In this document: positions 11,220-24,035 of the stretch, one piece after another
How positions within the stretch are numbered: position 1 is the stretch's first letter
Layout: every line of letters begins with the position of its first letter
Assembly: GCF_040938485.1 (NCBI RefSeq)
Contig: NW_027270904.1
Coordinates: 3,906,001-3,970,000, forward strand
From: Diadema antillarum
Lineage: Eukaryota
Length of the DNA stretch: 64,000 nt
Reading direction: 5' to 3'
The notes under the pieces: model-generated
What the model was told of the DNA's origin: nothing
Database searches by the model: none
What the model saw: the letters and a program-made list of their open reading frames with translations, nothing else
Translations under genes and position numbers: made by a program

Positions 11220-11842
11220 CCTATTACCCCTTTGAGGACGACCTCACCGACAGTTCGGGCAATGATCATGATGGCGTCAGTGGTGGCAGTCAACAGGTGG
11301 CCTACTCCTCTGCCGGGAAGTGCGGCAAGGCAGCTTCCTTCAGCGGGACCTCCAAGGTAACCGTGGACTCACTGCGCAATTACGCGTGGGGGACCCAATT
11401 CAGCGTCAGCGTGTGGTTCCGTCGCACGGGCCAGTGGGGCAACTACCAGGGCATCGTCAACAACGGCTACCACACAGGCGGCAGCTGGGAGATACGGATG
11501 GGGCGGGAGAACAGCGGGCAAATGCTTGGAGGAGGCATCATCACGCCGACTTCGAGCAGTACGTGGGACTACATCCATCTCGTCGCTGCTCAGAACACTT
11601 GGAATCACGTGGTTATGACGTATGACGGCTCCACCCTTTGGTATTATCTCAACGGCCAGGCGCAGACTCCGCTGACCAGGGTCGGCCCGATCCTGATCCG
11701 GAACAGCCCGGTCACCATCGGCCAGGCTGGGCCGCCCATGGCAGGCGAGTTCTTCTACGGCCTCATAGACGAAGTTAAGATCTTCGGACGACAGCTGTCA
11801 GCCACTGAGGTGCTCAACATGTACGAGCACCCTTGCCTCTGA
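11220..11842 (+). CDS. Terminal exon encoding a LamG-like jellyroll (ConA-like lectin/glucanase, Laminin_G_3/pentraxin-like) domain
   Basis: T-rich tract plus tgcAG acceptor at 11218-11219, phase 1; GC-rich. Motifs YYPFE..L.DSSGN, FSVSVWFR, WNHVVMTYDGSTLWYYLNG, FYGLIDEVKIFGRQLSATEV; TGA at 11840-11842. Confidence 0.85.
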
Positions 11843-12406
11843 GCGGCGGTGAAGCCATCTCCTTCACTCAATTTGTTTCATTGCGTTTCAAGTTTGTGAG
11901 GAATTAAATTTTGCCATTGATTTGGATGAAGAATAATCACTGTAGACACTAAGAATGTTTCCTTATACCTTCTTGTGCAGTTTGCCACATAGTTGTAATG
12001 TAACTGTCATGCTGCTTTTGTTTTTAATTTTTGATTATCATATCTTCTTGGTTGTAATGCAACATCGCCATCATGAGATAAGGTTTTTTTTTTATGGCGC
12101 GTTCCTAAATTGTCGTGCCACAAAAGAATATTTTGAATTGTTCAACTTTTCACTTTCTGATAAACTTTGCATTAAAGACGAAACTGGTGATTGGACGTTT
12201 ACGGTGTGTTACTTGTTGAGTTTTTTATTCTATTTTCTATGTTGATTTGCGTATGACAAAGTGCTGACTCGCAGAGCTGCCACAAAGTTGAAATCTGAAC
12301 ACACAATATCATATACTACATGTAAATATATATTGTGTGTGTTCAGATTTCAACTTTGTGGCAGCTCTGCGAGTCAACACTTTGTCATATATTATAATTA
12401 TATATG

Positions 12407-12448
<42 letters not shown>

Positions 12449-14579
12449 GATTTATCAAAACACATGCACACATTATATTTCACTGCCACTAAAGCTGACA
12501 AAGTCTGTGAAGATTGATTTTAAACCATTTGGTACTGTTGGCTTAACCAGACTTTAAATGATGCTTTCAAATATAATCAATCACACCAGGATCCGACAGG
12601 AAGAGTATAGAAAATAAGAATATGACAATCAAATCACAAATAGTTTGAGAAGTCCACATTAGAGTCTATAGTTGCAGTCACACATGCGGTAGGATGAGAC
12701 CTTCAAACACAACATTTCACGACATACCACACTATTATGATTTTTATGATGTCGTTAATTCGACTATACATAAATCAGGGCTCCTGCATAAATCAAGGCA
12801 AGGAATATGAAGTACTAAAATGATTTTAAAAAAAGACGATATATTAGTTAACGTAAGTCGTTTATGACCACCACACTCACATGTAAATCCGTGTGCACAG
12901 ACATACACAAACGATACAATGTGAACCCCTGTTGGAGATTGTAAAATGTACAATCATCAAGTACGGCGACTCTTTTGATGAAAAGAGTAGATTGAACACG
13001 GTTTCCCGAATCGGATCGATTATTCAGTGCTTTTATGGAGCAGTTCATTTCCTAGAGATTGCAACAGAGTGTTCAAACAAGATTTAGGTTGATAAATGTT
13101 ATCACTTCGTATGGTGTAATAACCCAATATCCATTTAACATTTGAATTCAATTCAGACATAGTATGCCTGAAATGTTTATACGGGCATCAAAATCATAAA
13201 ATCAGTGACATCAATTCACAATTTGGTTTTTTTTTTAAAAGAAAAGAAAAGAAAAATATATATATAAATATGTATTGCTTCTTAAATACTGAGATAAGCA
13301 GGAAACATATATTCATCTGTCAAATATCACATTTCTTTTGAAAGACATGCGAGTTTTAAGAATGCCCGAACTGTAATACATTAACATTTTTTTAGTGCAA
13401 GGTTGTATACACGACAAATAATGTAGATCACGCGTAAACGTTGTGACGTAGGGATAATGACCTTGAAAACTATTCATAATAATCATCACACACTAGCAGT
13501 GAAACATCCTTCATAAAACCGAACAATTTCTCTTTTTTAGTTTCAATTTAAGACTTTGGAATTCGGAGGGAAGGCAGCAAAAATAACAGACTGTCGAGTT
13601 TGGAACAATGAGCAAATTTCATACTTTCAATCAAATTTCCCTAATTTTGCAATTTTCTTGGATATGATGTCTGTGACTGCATCAAGGTACCGTTGCGACG
13701 GGTGATAACATACCTACACGTCATCAGACTCATATTTGATTTAAAAAGGAAAGATCAGATCTCAACCAAAGCCATAAGTGTATCTGAGCACATGCAATCG
13801 TATTAGTTTAAAATATTTCATTGGAATAAAAACTTTGATATTAATCTATTTGATAGTTATTTGTCATATATTAAATTTCCATGGCAGTAGCTTTGGCAAT
13901 CAGAAATAGTCGAGGATAAATTTATGCCAAGTAGACCTATGGTATGACGACATCATCACGTCATCTGATTTGCATAATGAATGTAGTCGATGTTCCTGCG
14001 TCACGAAAACAAAACGTACTTTACAGGTTCAAGAAAAACAAATATATGAGCTCTTTTTTTTAGGGAAAGTCGTTTATGTACAAAAAATTATGAATGATCA
14101 AAATGAGGTGATGATAACACCGACTCTGCTTATTCTTGTGTGTGGGTGCGACCAAAATTATCATTTAGTGAAAGGCTACGACATTTTACAATTCCATAAC
14201 TCTCTTCAATCTTAGGTCTGACCGTGATGAAACTTCTATCATTTTGTTCGTCCGACTCTACTCTCTAGATATACTCTATTCAATAAAACTTACCTGATGA
14301 CAAGAATATACATTCAGACAAGTACGCACATCGTATTGATTCTTTGACTTATCACAAGCATAAAGACTCACTAATATAGGTACACGATAAACTGATAAAA
14401 GAACCTACGATAAAAGATATCTTCCACACCCATCTATATGTTATACATTCTCCTTTGCATCGACCACTTTCACTCAGCGAACTACAAGATACGGATTGTT
14501 AATTAATATCCAAGCAGAGTCGAGGTTTCTTCATTAATCAGTGGCTCTTACCAAACTAATTCATACATCATATTATAGT

Positions 14580-15410
14580 CTAGATTTGAGGTTGCCGGAA
14601 AACTAGTAGTCTTCCACAATCGTGGACAAGAACTCCGTTTGAATTGAGACTACAAATGGACAGATCATCCACAGGCCCGGAGGCTTTGAATTTCGCGATT
14701 AAAACCCTGCGATATGGCACTGACCATTTATCGATCATGTCGATAGTACATATTCCTTGCTGTATGTCTCTGATAAGCACATACAAGGTATCTCCTTGAA
14801 AACTTGCAGCAACGTCAATTACGTCCATGTTCTCCCACAAACCGCTCGTCAAGTGGCCTTTGTTCTCACTGTAGAGGTAAACATCAGGCCCACGACCGTC
14901 CGAAACTTTGATGGCAGTAATCCCATTTCCGAGTGCATGCAGACTGCGGATCCGTCTATCTCCAACGGGAAAGCCCCCGTCTATTTTGTCCCCATTTGGT
15001 TGTAAGATGACCACGTCTGATGACCCGACCACTGCTGACTGAATCCGTCCGTCCGTCGTCACGGCGACGGCAATATCTTTACTTACAGAAAATGACGTCA
15101 CAAGCGACCAATTTGAATCACGGACCATGATTCGCCCATTTGAAGTGCCACCAATAATCCGTCCGTCCGGGAGTAACGAGCAGCTGACAATATCGATATC
15201 GACGATATTCTCCTGATCGCAAAAATTCCTCGCTTGCAGCGGGGTGGCCTGGTCTATCATTGCCAGATTCGCGACTTTCAAAGACTGATCACTTCTATCT
15301 TTAATTATCAACTCACTTTCTCCCATCAAACACATGAGCTTGGAATTATTGCTTACTCCCTCCAGGTTCAGAACGTCTTTGTCCCATAAACGACGACCAG
15401 CAGCCGCCAT
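14580..15410 (-). CDS. Single-exon NHL/TolB-like beta-propeller protein, 276 aa from MAAAG
   Basis: Uninterrupted ORF with AAAATGGCGGC start context. Blade-like repeats SCSLLPDGRII, IAVAVTTDGRI, VILQPNGDKI, DVAASFQGDTLYV resemble the C-terminal propeller of TRIM-NHL-like proteins. Confidence 0.7.
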   Translation of the reverse strand: MAAAGRRLWDKDVLNLEGVSNNSKLMCLMGESELIIKDRSDQSLKVANLAMIDQATPLQARNFCDQENIVDIDIVSCSLLPDGRIIGGTSNGRIMVRDSNWSLVTSFSVSKDIAVAVTTDGRIQSAVVGSSDVVILQPNGDKIDGGFPVGDRRIRSLHALGNGITAIKVSDGRGPDVYLYSENKGHLTSGLWENMDVIDVAASFQGDTLYVLIRDIQQGICTIDMIDKWSVPYRRVLIAKFKASGPVDDLSICSLNSNGVLVHDCGRLLVFRQPQI

Positions 15411-16099
15411 TTTTGTCCAAAATGCTATAAAACGCAGTCCGCTGTGTCTGTCAACAGAGCAGTGATATCGAGTATTTATCACATATCCGTCTTATTCTGT
15501 TTTGTGTGATAGTGAAAAGCTCGTATAAGAAAATCTGTTCGGAGCAGTTCTGTGCATGCTAATTAATTCATTATACTTGGCATTGGACCATTCCTCGAGT
15601 TCCAATATAATTATGTTAATGACTGGGCCCTTCAAGGTCCTAGCTCAAAATCGTAATTTATGTATGCATAAATTGGTAGTAATAAATGATAATCAATATT
15701 GCTCCGTGACAGGTGGCAGTCTATTGTTGGTGGAAGTAAATGTCCTACCAGAGTATGCACACTCACACCAGCTGGTTATGTATTTATTCAGGTTTCAGAG
15801 GAAAAAAAAAAACCTTTACAATTTGTGATGGCGTATATACGGATCGTCTTGACACGAGCTTTTCACGAAGGCATAAGACACTCTTGTGGATCTAATGGGC
15901 AACTTCACTCCATATAAGATTAAATCCTCGTTAACTTTTAGAAGTATAAAGTAAAATCAAAAACGCAGAAGGTTAGACGTTTCCTCCCTTTCGGGCATGA
16001 AATAAACAGTTATGGACTTCAAAGTTTGAAAGGTTGTCACAAAACGGCCAAATAAGTCACAACCACATTATGCAAGTTTAATGACAATAAGAAAATGTT

Positions 16100-16530
16100 A
16101 TGATTTCACATCATGTAGTACATAAATCGATAGAGCCATGCATAATTTGGGATTTATTGTGGTCATTGAGAAGATAAACCAATATCCTGAGAAACTCAAA
16201 ACACTATACAGTGAACAAGGATGATGACATAGCGCTCATATTCCAGTAATGTATAGCAACGTATTTCCATTGCAATGCCTCTTGCTTATCAAGTTCACCA
16301 TTTTAAAGTTCATGTATACTTTTTTCTTTTGTTCTGCTTCCCTGAGCCTCCACTCATGCATTCTTAAGCTGCTATGTCGTCATCTTTGTTCACTGCAATT
16401 TGTTATGAATTTTGAAAACATTCTTATTCCCCATCCCGATCACTGTAAGTCTTGTAACTCTGTACCCAGTATGACCGATTTATAGGTGTTCAAATGCAAG
16501 TCTATAAAATCATCCAGAGGTCTTCCGTAA
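16100..16530. mobile_element. Decayed Kolobok/T2-type MITE (family 3)
   Basis: Colinear similarity to 795-989 (right part) and to ~19990-20280 (aaggatga.gacatag..ctca.atattccagtaatgta); end catccagaggtcttccgtaa. Confidence 0.6.
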
Positions 16531-16761
16531 TGATATATGTCATCCAATCACAATCCTCCCATCAACCTCCACTAAAAAATTTAAAAAAAAATCTTTACCT
16601 AAATTTGTCTACTGCATTTAGTCATTGTGTCATAAAACCTTGTACCTTTAGTGACAGCGGCAATAGCTATATCAGCCAAGGTCATGATCGAAATGATATT
16701 TTGTGTATATGTGTGTAAACCAATGTGTGTGTTTGGGGGAAGGGGTTGCAGCCTCCTCCTC

Positions 16762-16798
<37 letters not shown>

Positions 16799-17497
16799 TC
16801 CGCGACCCCTATAGTGTATTTACAATCACGACGACAAATAATATTGTAGGGTATATCATTTGACGCTGTACACAAGCAAACATTAAGTCCTTGACTGCAC
16901 TTAAAAGAAGAGACTTTCTGCGTCTATTTCAACCTCGGTATACCTCCTTAGGAGTCCTAGGATATAGCTATTTACCTTAACAATACTCACCAGCAAGATT
17001 GTACCTTGGGAGGCGACGCAACAATTTCAGAGCGAGAGGGATACCTACACTCCCCCCCCCCTCCCCCCGCCCTCCCCCCGCCCTCCCCCCCCCCCCGGAA
17101 GTATGGGAAGGGGCATTCTCCTCCTCCTTCTAGCATACATACACTGTATCATGATGTATAATATTCTATGTTTTTCACCCTATAAATCTTGTATGCAAAG
17201 TATTTTTGTTTATCCCGAGGCACTCTGCGTGTCACTTGTTAGTTTTATAGTTGAATCTTGACGGAAATATCATGATAGNNNNNNNNNNNNNNNNNNNNNN
17301 NNNNNNNNNNNNNNNNNNNNNNNNNNNNNNNNNNNNNNNNNNNNNNNNNNNNNNNNNNNNNNNNNNNNNNNNNNNNNNNNNNNNNNNNNNNNNNNNNNNN
17401 NNNNNNNNNNNNNNNNNNNGAAATCGGTGCGTAGCTTTGACATCGTTATTCCTCTTACTGTTCCTCCTTTTTGGAGAAGCGCAAGAGTTGAAAAATT

Positions 17498-17578
17498 GGT
17501 CTCCGCCGGGAATCGAACCCGGGTCTTTGGCATGGAACGCCAACGCCTAAAAGCCAAAAAGCTGTTGTAGCGGTGATC
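17498..17578 (-). pseudogene. tRNA-Gly(TCC)-like pseudogene or SINE head
   Basis: Perfect anticodon stem TTGGC-GT TCC AT-GCCAA and T arm CCGGG-TTCGATT-CCCGG. Acceptor stem has 2 mismatches, the D region is long and non-canonical with an internal T5, and TTTTT follows the 3' end. Confidence 0.6.
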
Positions 17579-17588
17579 TCTCTCGCAA

Positions 17589-17641
<53 letters not shown>

Positions 17642-19291
17642 GAAAGGGCGGCGAGACGCTCGAAAATTTGTGTGAAGAAATAAACCGTTGGTGAATACAG
17701 CATGAACTTTGTTGCAGCTTTGTTACTTATATATTATATATATATACATATATTAGTACGAAAAGGTGAAGCATTCAACGGACGTATAATAGCGGATATA
17801 ATATGCCACACGCCTACACATTGTCATTGATACATACATACCACCTACTTGCGTTTATATTACATTTACTGCAATATAATATACTGATCGTATAAATGTA
17901 TCAATGGTTAATATTGAGTGGAAGAAGCAACTTATTTCACACAAGTCGCAAAAAAATAGTCTTGTAAAACTGACGAATACCAACAGGCATACAACCTGGA
18001 ACACACACGAACACATTGAATAATTATGATATAACCTAAATTGTAAATATATAAATACCTTTATTTTGTCAAAAAAAATCATCTTTATCAAAACAATCTG
18101 TATAAACATTGCAAACAACTGCATTACGTTCCGAGTATGATTTTGTCGTAGTAAAACATTTCATAGAATCAGACAATTAGAAAGAGAAAAGGATTATGTA
18201 CATAATAATTATTTATCATAGTCTCACATAGAATAGGTTTTACTATCTCTCATTTATATCTGTGTCGATGTAGAATCTCCAGGAAGTATAAGAAAATGTA
18301 AACACGGGAAACATTTTAATTTCTTAAAGGATGTTAGATATGTTTCGTATCGACATCTTTAAAGTTTTTGACAAATCAAAAATTGTGAGAGACGTCGAAT
18401 CGCTGCCAATGACAGAGTATTCGTGTTTTCTGTGAGCTGTAGCATTTGTAATCATCCCAGAACCAACAAGATTATGTAACAGCTTTGTGTCGACAAGTAC
18501 ATCGTAGGTCCTCGACCAGAAATAATCACATCTTGATAGGGCACAGCGACTTCTGTATATCGACGCATATATACAGCGTCCACAACTCACATCTGGAAAT
18601 ATAGCGGTAGACAACAAAACACCTTAAGAGTTCATCCTGCCTCCTCATCCTCATCATGGGAGGGGGGGGGGTAGGCGCTTTTTATCAAGTGTTTTGTCAT
18701 ATAATAATGATTTTTTACTGTCAAATTTGCTCTCGGCCAATCAGATCCAAGGATTTCAGTGGCTTAAAACAGTTGTAGTTGTCAGTGACTGGCAAGTTTC
18801 ATAATGACGCTGCCCAGAAGAGACTTTGGACGAATCGATATTTTGATATCCTTATAAACAAATGGGAGAGGTGTGAGGTGATAAAACCGACACAATTTGA
18901 TTGGCGTATGTGATTGCCACTCATATCACAGATTTGTTGAAACATATGAAACTTGAGGTCCCGCAACATTTTTACTTCATGCGTCATTTTGATGAAACTT
19001 CGGCCATTTTGGTTTCCCTTTATTATAGTCTATCAATTAAGAATAACTAGAACATGGTTTAGAATTGCAATTATTGTCAATTAACACGTTTACGCACTTT
19101 ACGTCTGATTGACCAATTACCCTACATCGATATTACATACGCATCGATTATTAGCACTGATTGCTTACGTCTATGTAAGGCAATTTGTTTATCAGTTGCA
19201 ATAGAAACAAGTCGACACAACAATTTTCATTAATTTAAACAGTTTACGTCGTTTACATTATTTCACCAAACCACAGTATAACAGCTAAGCT

Positions 19292-20137
19292 TGTAATCGA
19301 GGCACACTCGACAGGGGTGAATTAAATCAAAACATGATGTGAATCGATTCCGCGGGTCCAAAGTTATTTTCAGTATAAAAAGAAGACTTTTTTCATACTA
19401 ATATGATATTTGAATCAGGACATGCAGTGGGTGTCAATTTGTCTCTCAGTTTCGTGATAGAGGAAGTCAATGTCTGTAAACTGAAATTCCTTCCGTTTTC
19501 GAGGAAAGCGTTCAAGTGTCTTTCAGCGACCTTGTATAGAAAAACAAACAAACAGGCAAACAAACAAACAAACGCCACAGTGTCAGGAAGCCACTTATAG
19601 AGTATGTTTCCGAGTGCAAGGATGTATCTGTCCGCAATTTGCAATACAATACCGTGATTTACGGTGGGATGTAACAATGATAATCAAAGGGGCATTCCAG
19701 ACGATTTCAATAAAACTGTATAATTCTACATCATGTTGCAGATAAAGTGGTAGGTAGGTAGAGATTTGTGGGATTTATTGTGGTCCTTCAGCATATAAAC
19801 GAATACTTCGAAAAAAAAACAACTTAATACATCATTCTAATAAGGATGTATCAGTTCGCAATTTGCAATATTGCGTGACACGGTGGGATGGAACAATGAT
19901 GATTAAATGGACGTTCAAGACGATCTATATAATTTCACATCATGTTGTATAGGTAAGTTGATGGTGCCACGTACAGAATTATGGAATTGGAATTATGATC
20001 CTTGAGCAGATAAATGCACTTCGAAAAACCCAAAACCTAATACGCTTACAAGGATGACGACATAGAGGCTCACATATTCCAGTAATGTAGCAACGTCATT
20101 TCAATACAATACCACTTGCTTAATAAGTTCACCTGTG
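19292..20137 (+). repeat. Donor copy of an ~845-bp direct duplication (partner 22352-23192)
   Basis: Near-identical to 22352-23192. Contains an older ~225-bp tandem duplication (two ggatgtatc..cgcaatttgcaata units) and continues past 20137 into the rest of a family-3 MITE. Confidence 0.95.
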
Positions 20138-20381
20138 TAGAATTTATGCATGTTTTCTTCTTTTGTTCTGCTTCCTTGAACATTCAATTATGCATTTTTA
20201 TGTGAAACTGCTATGTCTTTATCTTATTCATTGTGATTTGCTGTGATTAAAAAAAATAAAAACCTATTCCTCATACTCACAAACCCATTAATCAATTAAT
20301 AAATGTTCACGTGCAGAAGTCAAAAAATTATCTTTAGGTCTCCTTTCATGCGGATCGATTTTTCCACATACCATCATTATG

Positions 20382-20435
<54 letters not shown>

Positions 20436-21985
20436 CCCCTCGACGTATCCTTGGGTACCAGGAAAAAGGAGTGTGTTGACCACGTGACCACTTCTCCTAC
20501 AATAAATTAATTCTACATCCGTGCTTGTATTTTTCTGGCTCTATTATTTCCATTAGTGCGTGCATTTGCAGGTAGGCTAAATTTTACTGGTAACACAATG
20601 ATCCTTGTTTTGAGGAAAAAGGTAGAATTCCAAATACAATGTTTCATCATATCACCATATGATTACGAAAGAGACACTCTATCACAATAATCATTGCTCT
20701 ACTATATTCAGGTTAGCATTTAAAGACATCACAGGCCAGCAATTGTCTTCATGTTGTTGTAGGAAAAAAAGATTATTGACAGACAACGAAATGAGAAAAG
20801 AATGGAACTGTTGACATATCTGTTCAATAAGTTTTGCTCATCATTAAACTCCCCCACATATATCCAGGCATTCATGGACGTAAAATCTTGCCAGATAGAA
20901 AAAACACCAATAACAACGTAAGCCTCTTTGCTATATAAAACGACAAAAACTCAGCAGTTTTATAGGCCTTTCAAGCCAGTAGAAACTAGTTACAAGTATA
21001 GTATGGTAAACGATATTCGTTGAGATGTAAATTGAGGTTCGTTTACTAGTTGCATAGGTAGATTTTGACAGATTGCCAATCAAAGGTCACAAGCACAGGC
21101 CTATTCGAGGGAACATTCACAGCAGATCACAATTTGCATCTAATGACAAATAAACTATTACAGTATCTATATATTACAGATACACAGGCTGGGAAACAAT
21201 CACATACAAAACGGACAAACCTCTTTCTGCTGTAGCAAAGCGCACAGTTTGTGATCATCACAAAATTCTAGTAGAATGTCATATTTTCATGACGCATGTA
21301 GGACTACAATCAATCAACAATTCCATTAATGGCATTTCCCATTAATAGCGTAATGTCCGAAATATTTTATAAGATGGACGGTGCACCATTTATTATCTGC
21401 GCAGTTTATTTTGAAAGTAGCGCACAATGTTCTGCAGAGTTGCACCAAGTTCAAACAAAAAGTGTATCACAAACACCTTAAGTGTTAGCGTAATGCTTTG
21501 CATTAACGCACCAAAACAACGAGACTTTAACTTCCAAGTGTGAACACGGGACGAATCGGTGAGATGTTGTTGCGAGGACATCATAGTCGCCATCTTGGTA
21601 CTCCAATTTTCCTGGCCTTTAGACGATCAAGTACAATGCGCACGTACGCGTCTTGTTAAAGGTGTCATTGTTATGTTATTCAAGGGCGTGTTTGCATACA
21701 AGGGCATCTTGTGGCGACTCAAGACAATTCCGGAGATTCGGGCGTAGCGATTTCTATCCGGGATTCATACATTCTAACAGATATATACAGATTGATGTGG
21801 AAGACATTGTATTTGCAATGCGGCCGTGGCATCATTACCGTTCATAACATTTCATCTTCCTTTGGAGAGTAACACACTTCACTTTATAACATCTCTTCTT
21901 CACATACAAAGAGCGGAAAGTCCTTAATGTGTGTTTTTCCCTGAAGTCTAATTTTCGGGACTGAGTGTTCCATATGTAGCACTTA

Positions 21986-22177
21986 TCACGTTCCTCTTGG
22001 ACAGATGTGATCGGCCGCAATGGCTCTAGCTAACGGACACGGGTTGACGAAGAGAAGGAAGATGAAGACGATGATGATAAGTGCACCGCCAATGAGGGCA
22101 GCATTCCCCCAGTTTCGCGCCGAAGCCGAGGCTTCCTGTGCTTCTCGATATTCGCCCCTTTCAAACTTCTCCCGCAC
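21986..22177 (-). CDS. CD225/dispanin-family protein, last coding exon (intracellular loop plus C-terminal TM helix)
   Basis: Acceptor tttcttcttccattttgactgcAG, phase 0. VREKFERGEYREAQEASASARNWGNAALIGGALIIIVFIFLLF fits the CD225 pattern V....G.Y..A..AS..A..W; stop TGA at 21988-21986. Confidence 0.85.
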   Translation of the reverse strand: MREKFERGEYREAQEASASARNWGNAALIGGALIIIVFIFLLFVNPCPLARAIAADHICPRGT

Positions 22178-22351
22178 CTGCAGTCAAAATGGAAGAAGAA
22201 ATTGAATTTATTTCAAAGCATCATCCGAATAAACGATTTCCTAGTCTGTGAAATCGTCAGTACATCAACTGCCGATTGCGATATTCACTTTACAAATATA
22301 GCAACATCATTGTCTGTGAGGCAGGAATTATAACCATGAACTATTTCGTGA

Positions 22352-23192
22352 TGTAATCGAGGCACACTCGACAGGGGTGAATTAAATCAAAACATGATGT
22401 GAATCGATTCGGCAGGTCCAAAGTTATTTTCAGTATAAAAAGAAGACTTTTTTTCATACTACTGTATATCTCAATCGGGACCTGCAATGGGTGTCAATTT
22501 GTCTCTCAGTTTGGTGATAGGAAGTCAATGTTTGTAAACTGAACTTCCTTCCGTTTTCGAGGAAAGCGTTCAAGTGTCTTTCAGCGACCTTGTATAGAAA
22601 AACAAACAAACAGGCAAACAAACAAACAAACGCCACAGTGTCAGGAAGCCACTTATAGAGTATGTTTCCGAGTGCAAGGATGTATCTGTCCGCAATTTAC
22701 AATACAATACCGTGATTTACGGTGGGATGTAACAATGATAATCAAAGGGGCATTCCAGACGATTTCAATAAAACTGTATAATTCTACATCATGTTGTAGA
22801 TAAAGTGGCAGGTAGGTAGAGATTTGTGGGATTTATTGTGGTCCTTCAGCATATAAACGAATACTTCGAAAAAAAAAACAACTTAATACATCTAATAAGG
22901 ATGTATCAGTTCGCAATTTGCAATATTGCGTGACACGGTGGGATGGAACAATGATGATTAAATGGACGTTCAAGACGATCTATATAATTTCACATCATGT
23001 TGTATAGGTAAGTTGATGGTGCCACGTATAGAATTATGGAATTGGAATTATGATCCTTGAGTAGATAAATGCACTTCGAAAAACCCAAAACCTAATACGC
23101 TTACAAGGATGACGACATAGAGGCTCACATATTCCAGTAATGTAGCAATGTCATTTCAATACAATACCACTTGCTTAATAAGTTCACCTGTG
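22352..23192 (+). repeat. Inserted copy of 19292-20137 flanked by a 29-bp direct repeat
   Basis: gcaggaattataaccatgaactatttcgt (22321-22349) and gcaggaaatataaccatgaactatttcgt (23192-23220) bound the copy. Confidence 0.95.
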
Positions 23193-23688
23193 CAGGAAAT
23201 ATAACCATGAACTATTTCGTCATAGTTAACCAAGTTGTAGAGTAAAGTCAGCTGTGCATGTCCTAATTACCATACAATAACTCCGTAGGTATACAGTCAT
23301 GTATATAGACACAGGGACGCGGTGCTTCATAGGTCCATGCTTCAAGTAAATGTTACTTCTTTTAAAGCAAACTTCACTTTTGGAGAGCGGTATTCGAGGC
23401 ATCAAAAAAACATTACAGTGACTATACGGAATTGCTATTTTCATTTGAACGCGACCAGAATACCATGGAGCTAGTATATCCCCACGATAGTACTCATGGT
23501 ATTTGGTCAATACATCAGTTTACTGATGTTTATAAATGCATGCACATTCTTTCCCGGGGGACCTATGGCACAACAAGTTTCACCAACCACCTGTTCTATT
23601 CCTATTCAGTGAATTTCGATACTAGCAATCGAATGGCGCTCGTCGTCAACTTTCACAAACAGAGTTCCTATATACGGAACTGTCTCAC

Positions 23689-23826
23689 CTGTTTTGACCT
23701 GGTAAAGGACATGACCCCGAAAACAAAGCAGCAAAACATGCCCAGTATGGCGTACCACTGGTACTCATTAGGGAGCGCTGGGGTTCCGTATACGATCTTC
23801 GTGTTTGGTGTCTCGTGCTCTTCGTT
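23689..23826 (-). CDS. CD225/dispanin-family protein, penultimate exon (intramembrane segment with CC motif)
   Basis: tattgcAG acceptor and CAG|GTGAGA donor; 138 nt, phase 0 to 0. NEEHETPNTKIVYGTPALPNEYQWYAILGMFCCFVFGVMSFTRSKQ fits P.DY...AI...FCC...G..A...S.Q. Confidence 0.88.
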
Positions 23827-24035
23827 CTGCAATACAGGATGAAAAATTATGAAACAAAACATGAAGAGTTTTATTGCAACAAGAGCTAAGCGCCATTTTT
23901 AAACATTTTAAAGTAAGTCCGTCATCAGATAGAGCAAAATTAAACCTTTCCAGTAATACCTCACTTGTGACATAACAAGGAATATTCTAGAAGCTATGAT
24001 TAAAGATATCCTGTATTGTCTTAGTATTTTCTTTG

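Noticed and set aside
11182-11235. MIRLLLLVFVTCSLLPL as a signal peptide for the LamG domain
   Set aside because: Out of frame and stops at once. The hydrophobicity is explained by the T-rich splice-acceptor tract, and the phase-1 AG fits a splice model better.
18324-18617. Degenerate paralog of the NHL propeller (GRGPTMYL versus GRGPDVYL)
   Set aside because: Similarity is limited to ~8 residues and needs frameshifts; compatible with chance.
23432-23842. 136-aa plus-strand ORF
   Set aside because: Antisense shadow of the CD225 exon, with no recognisable motif.
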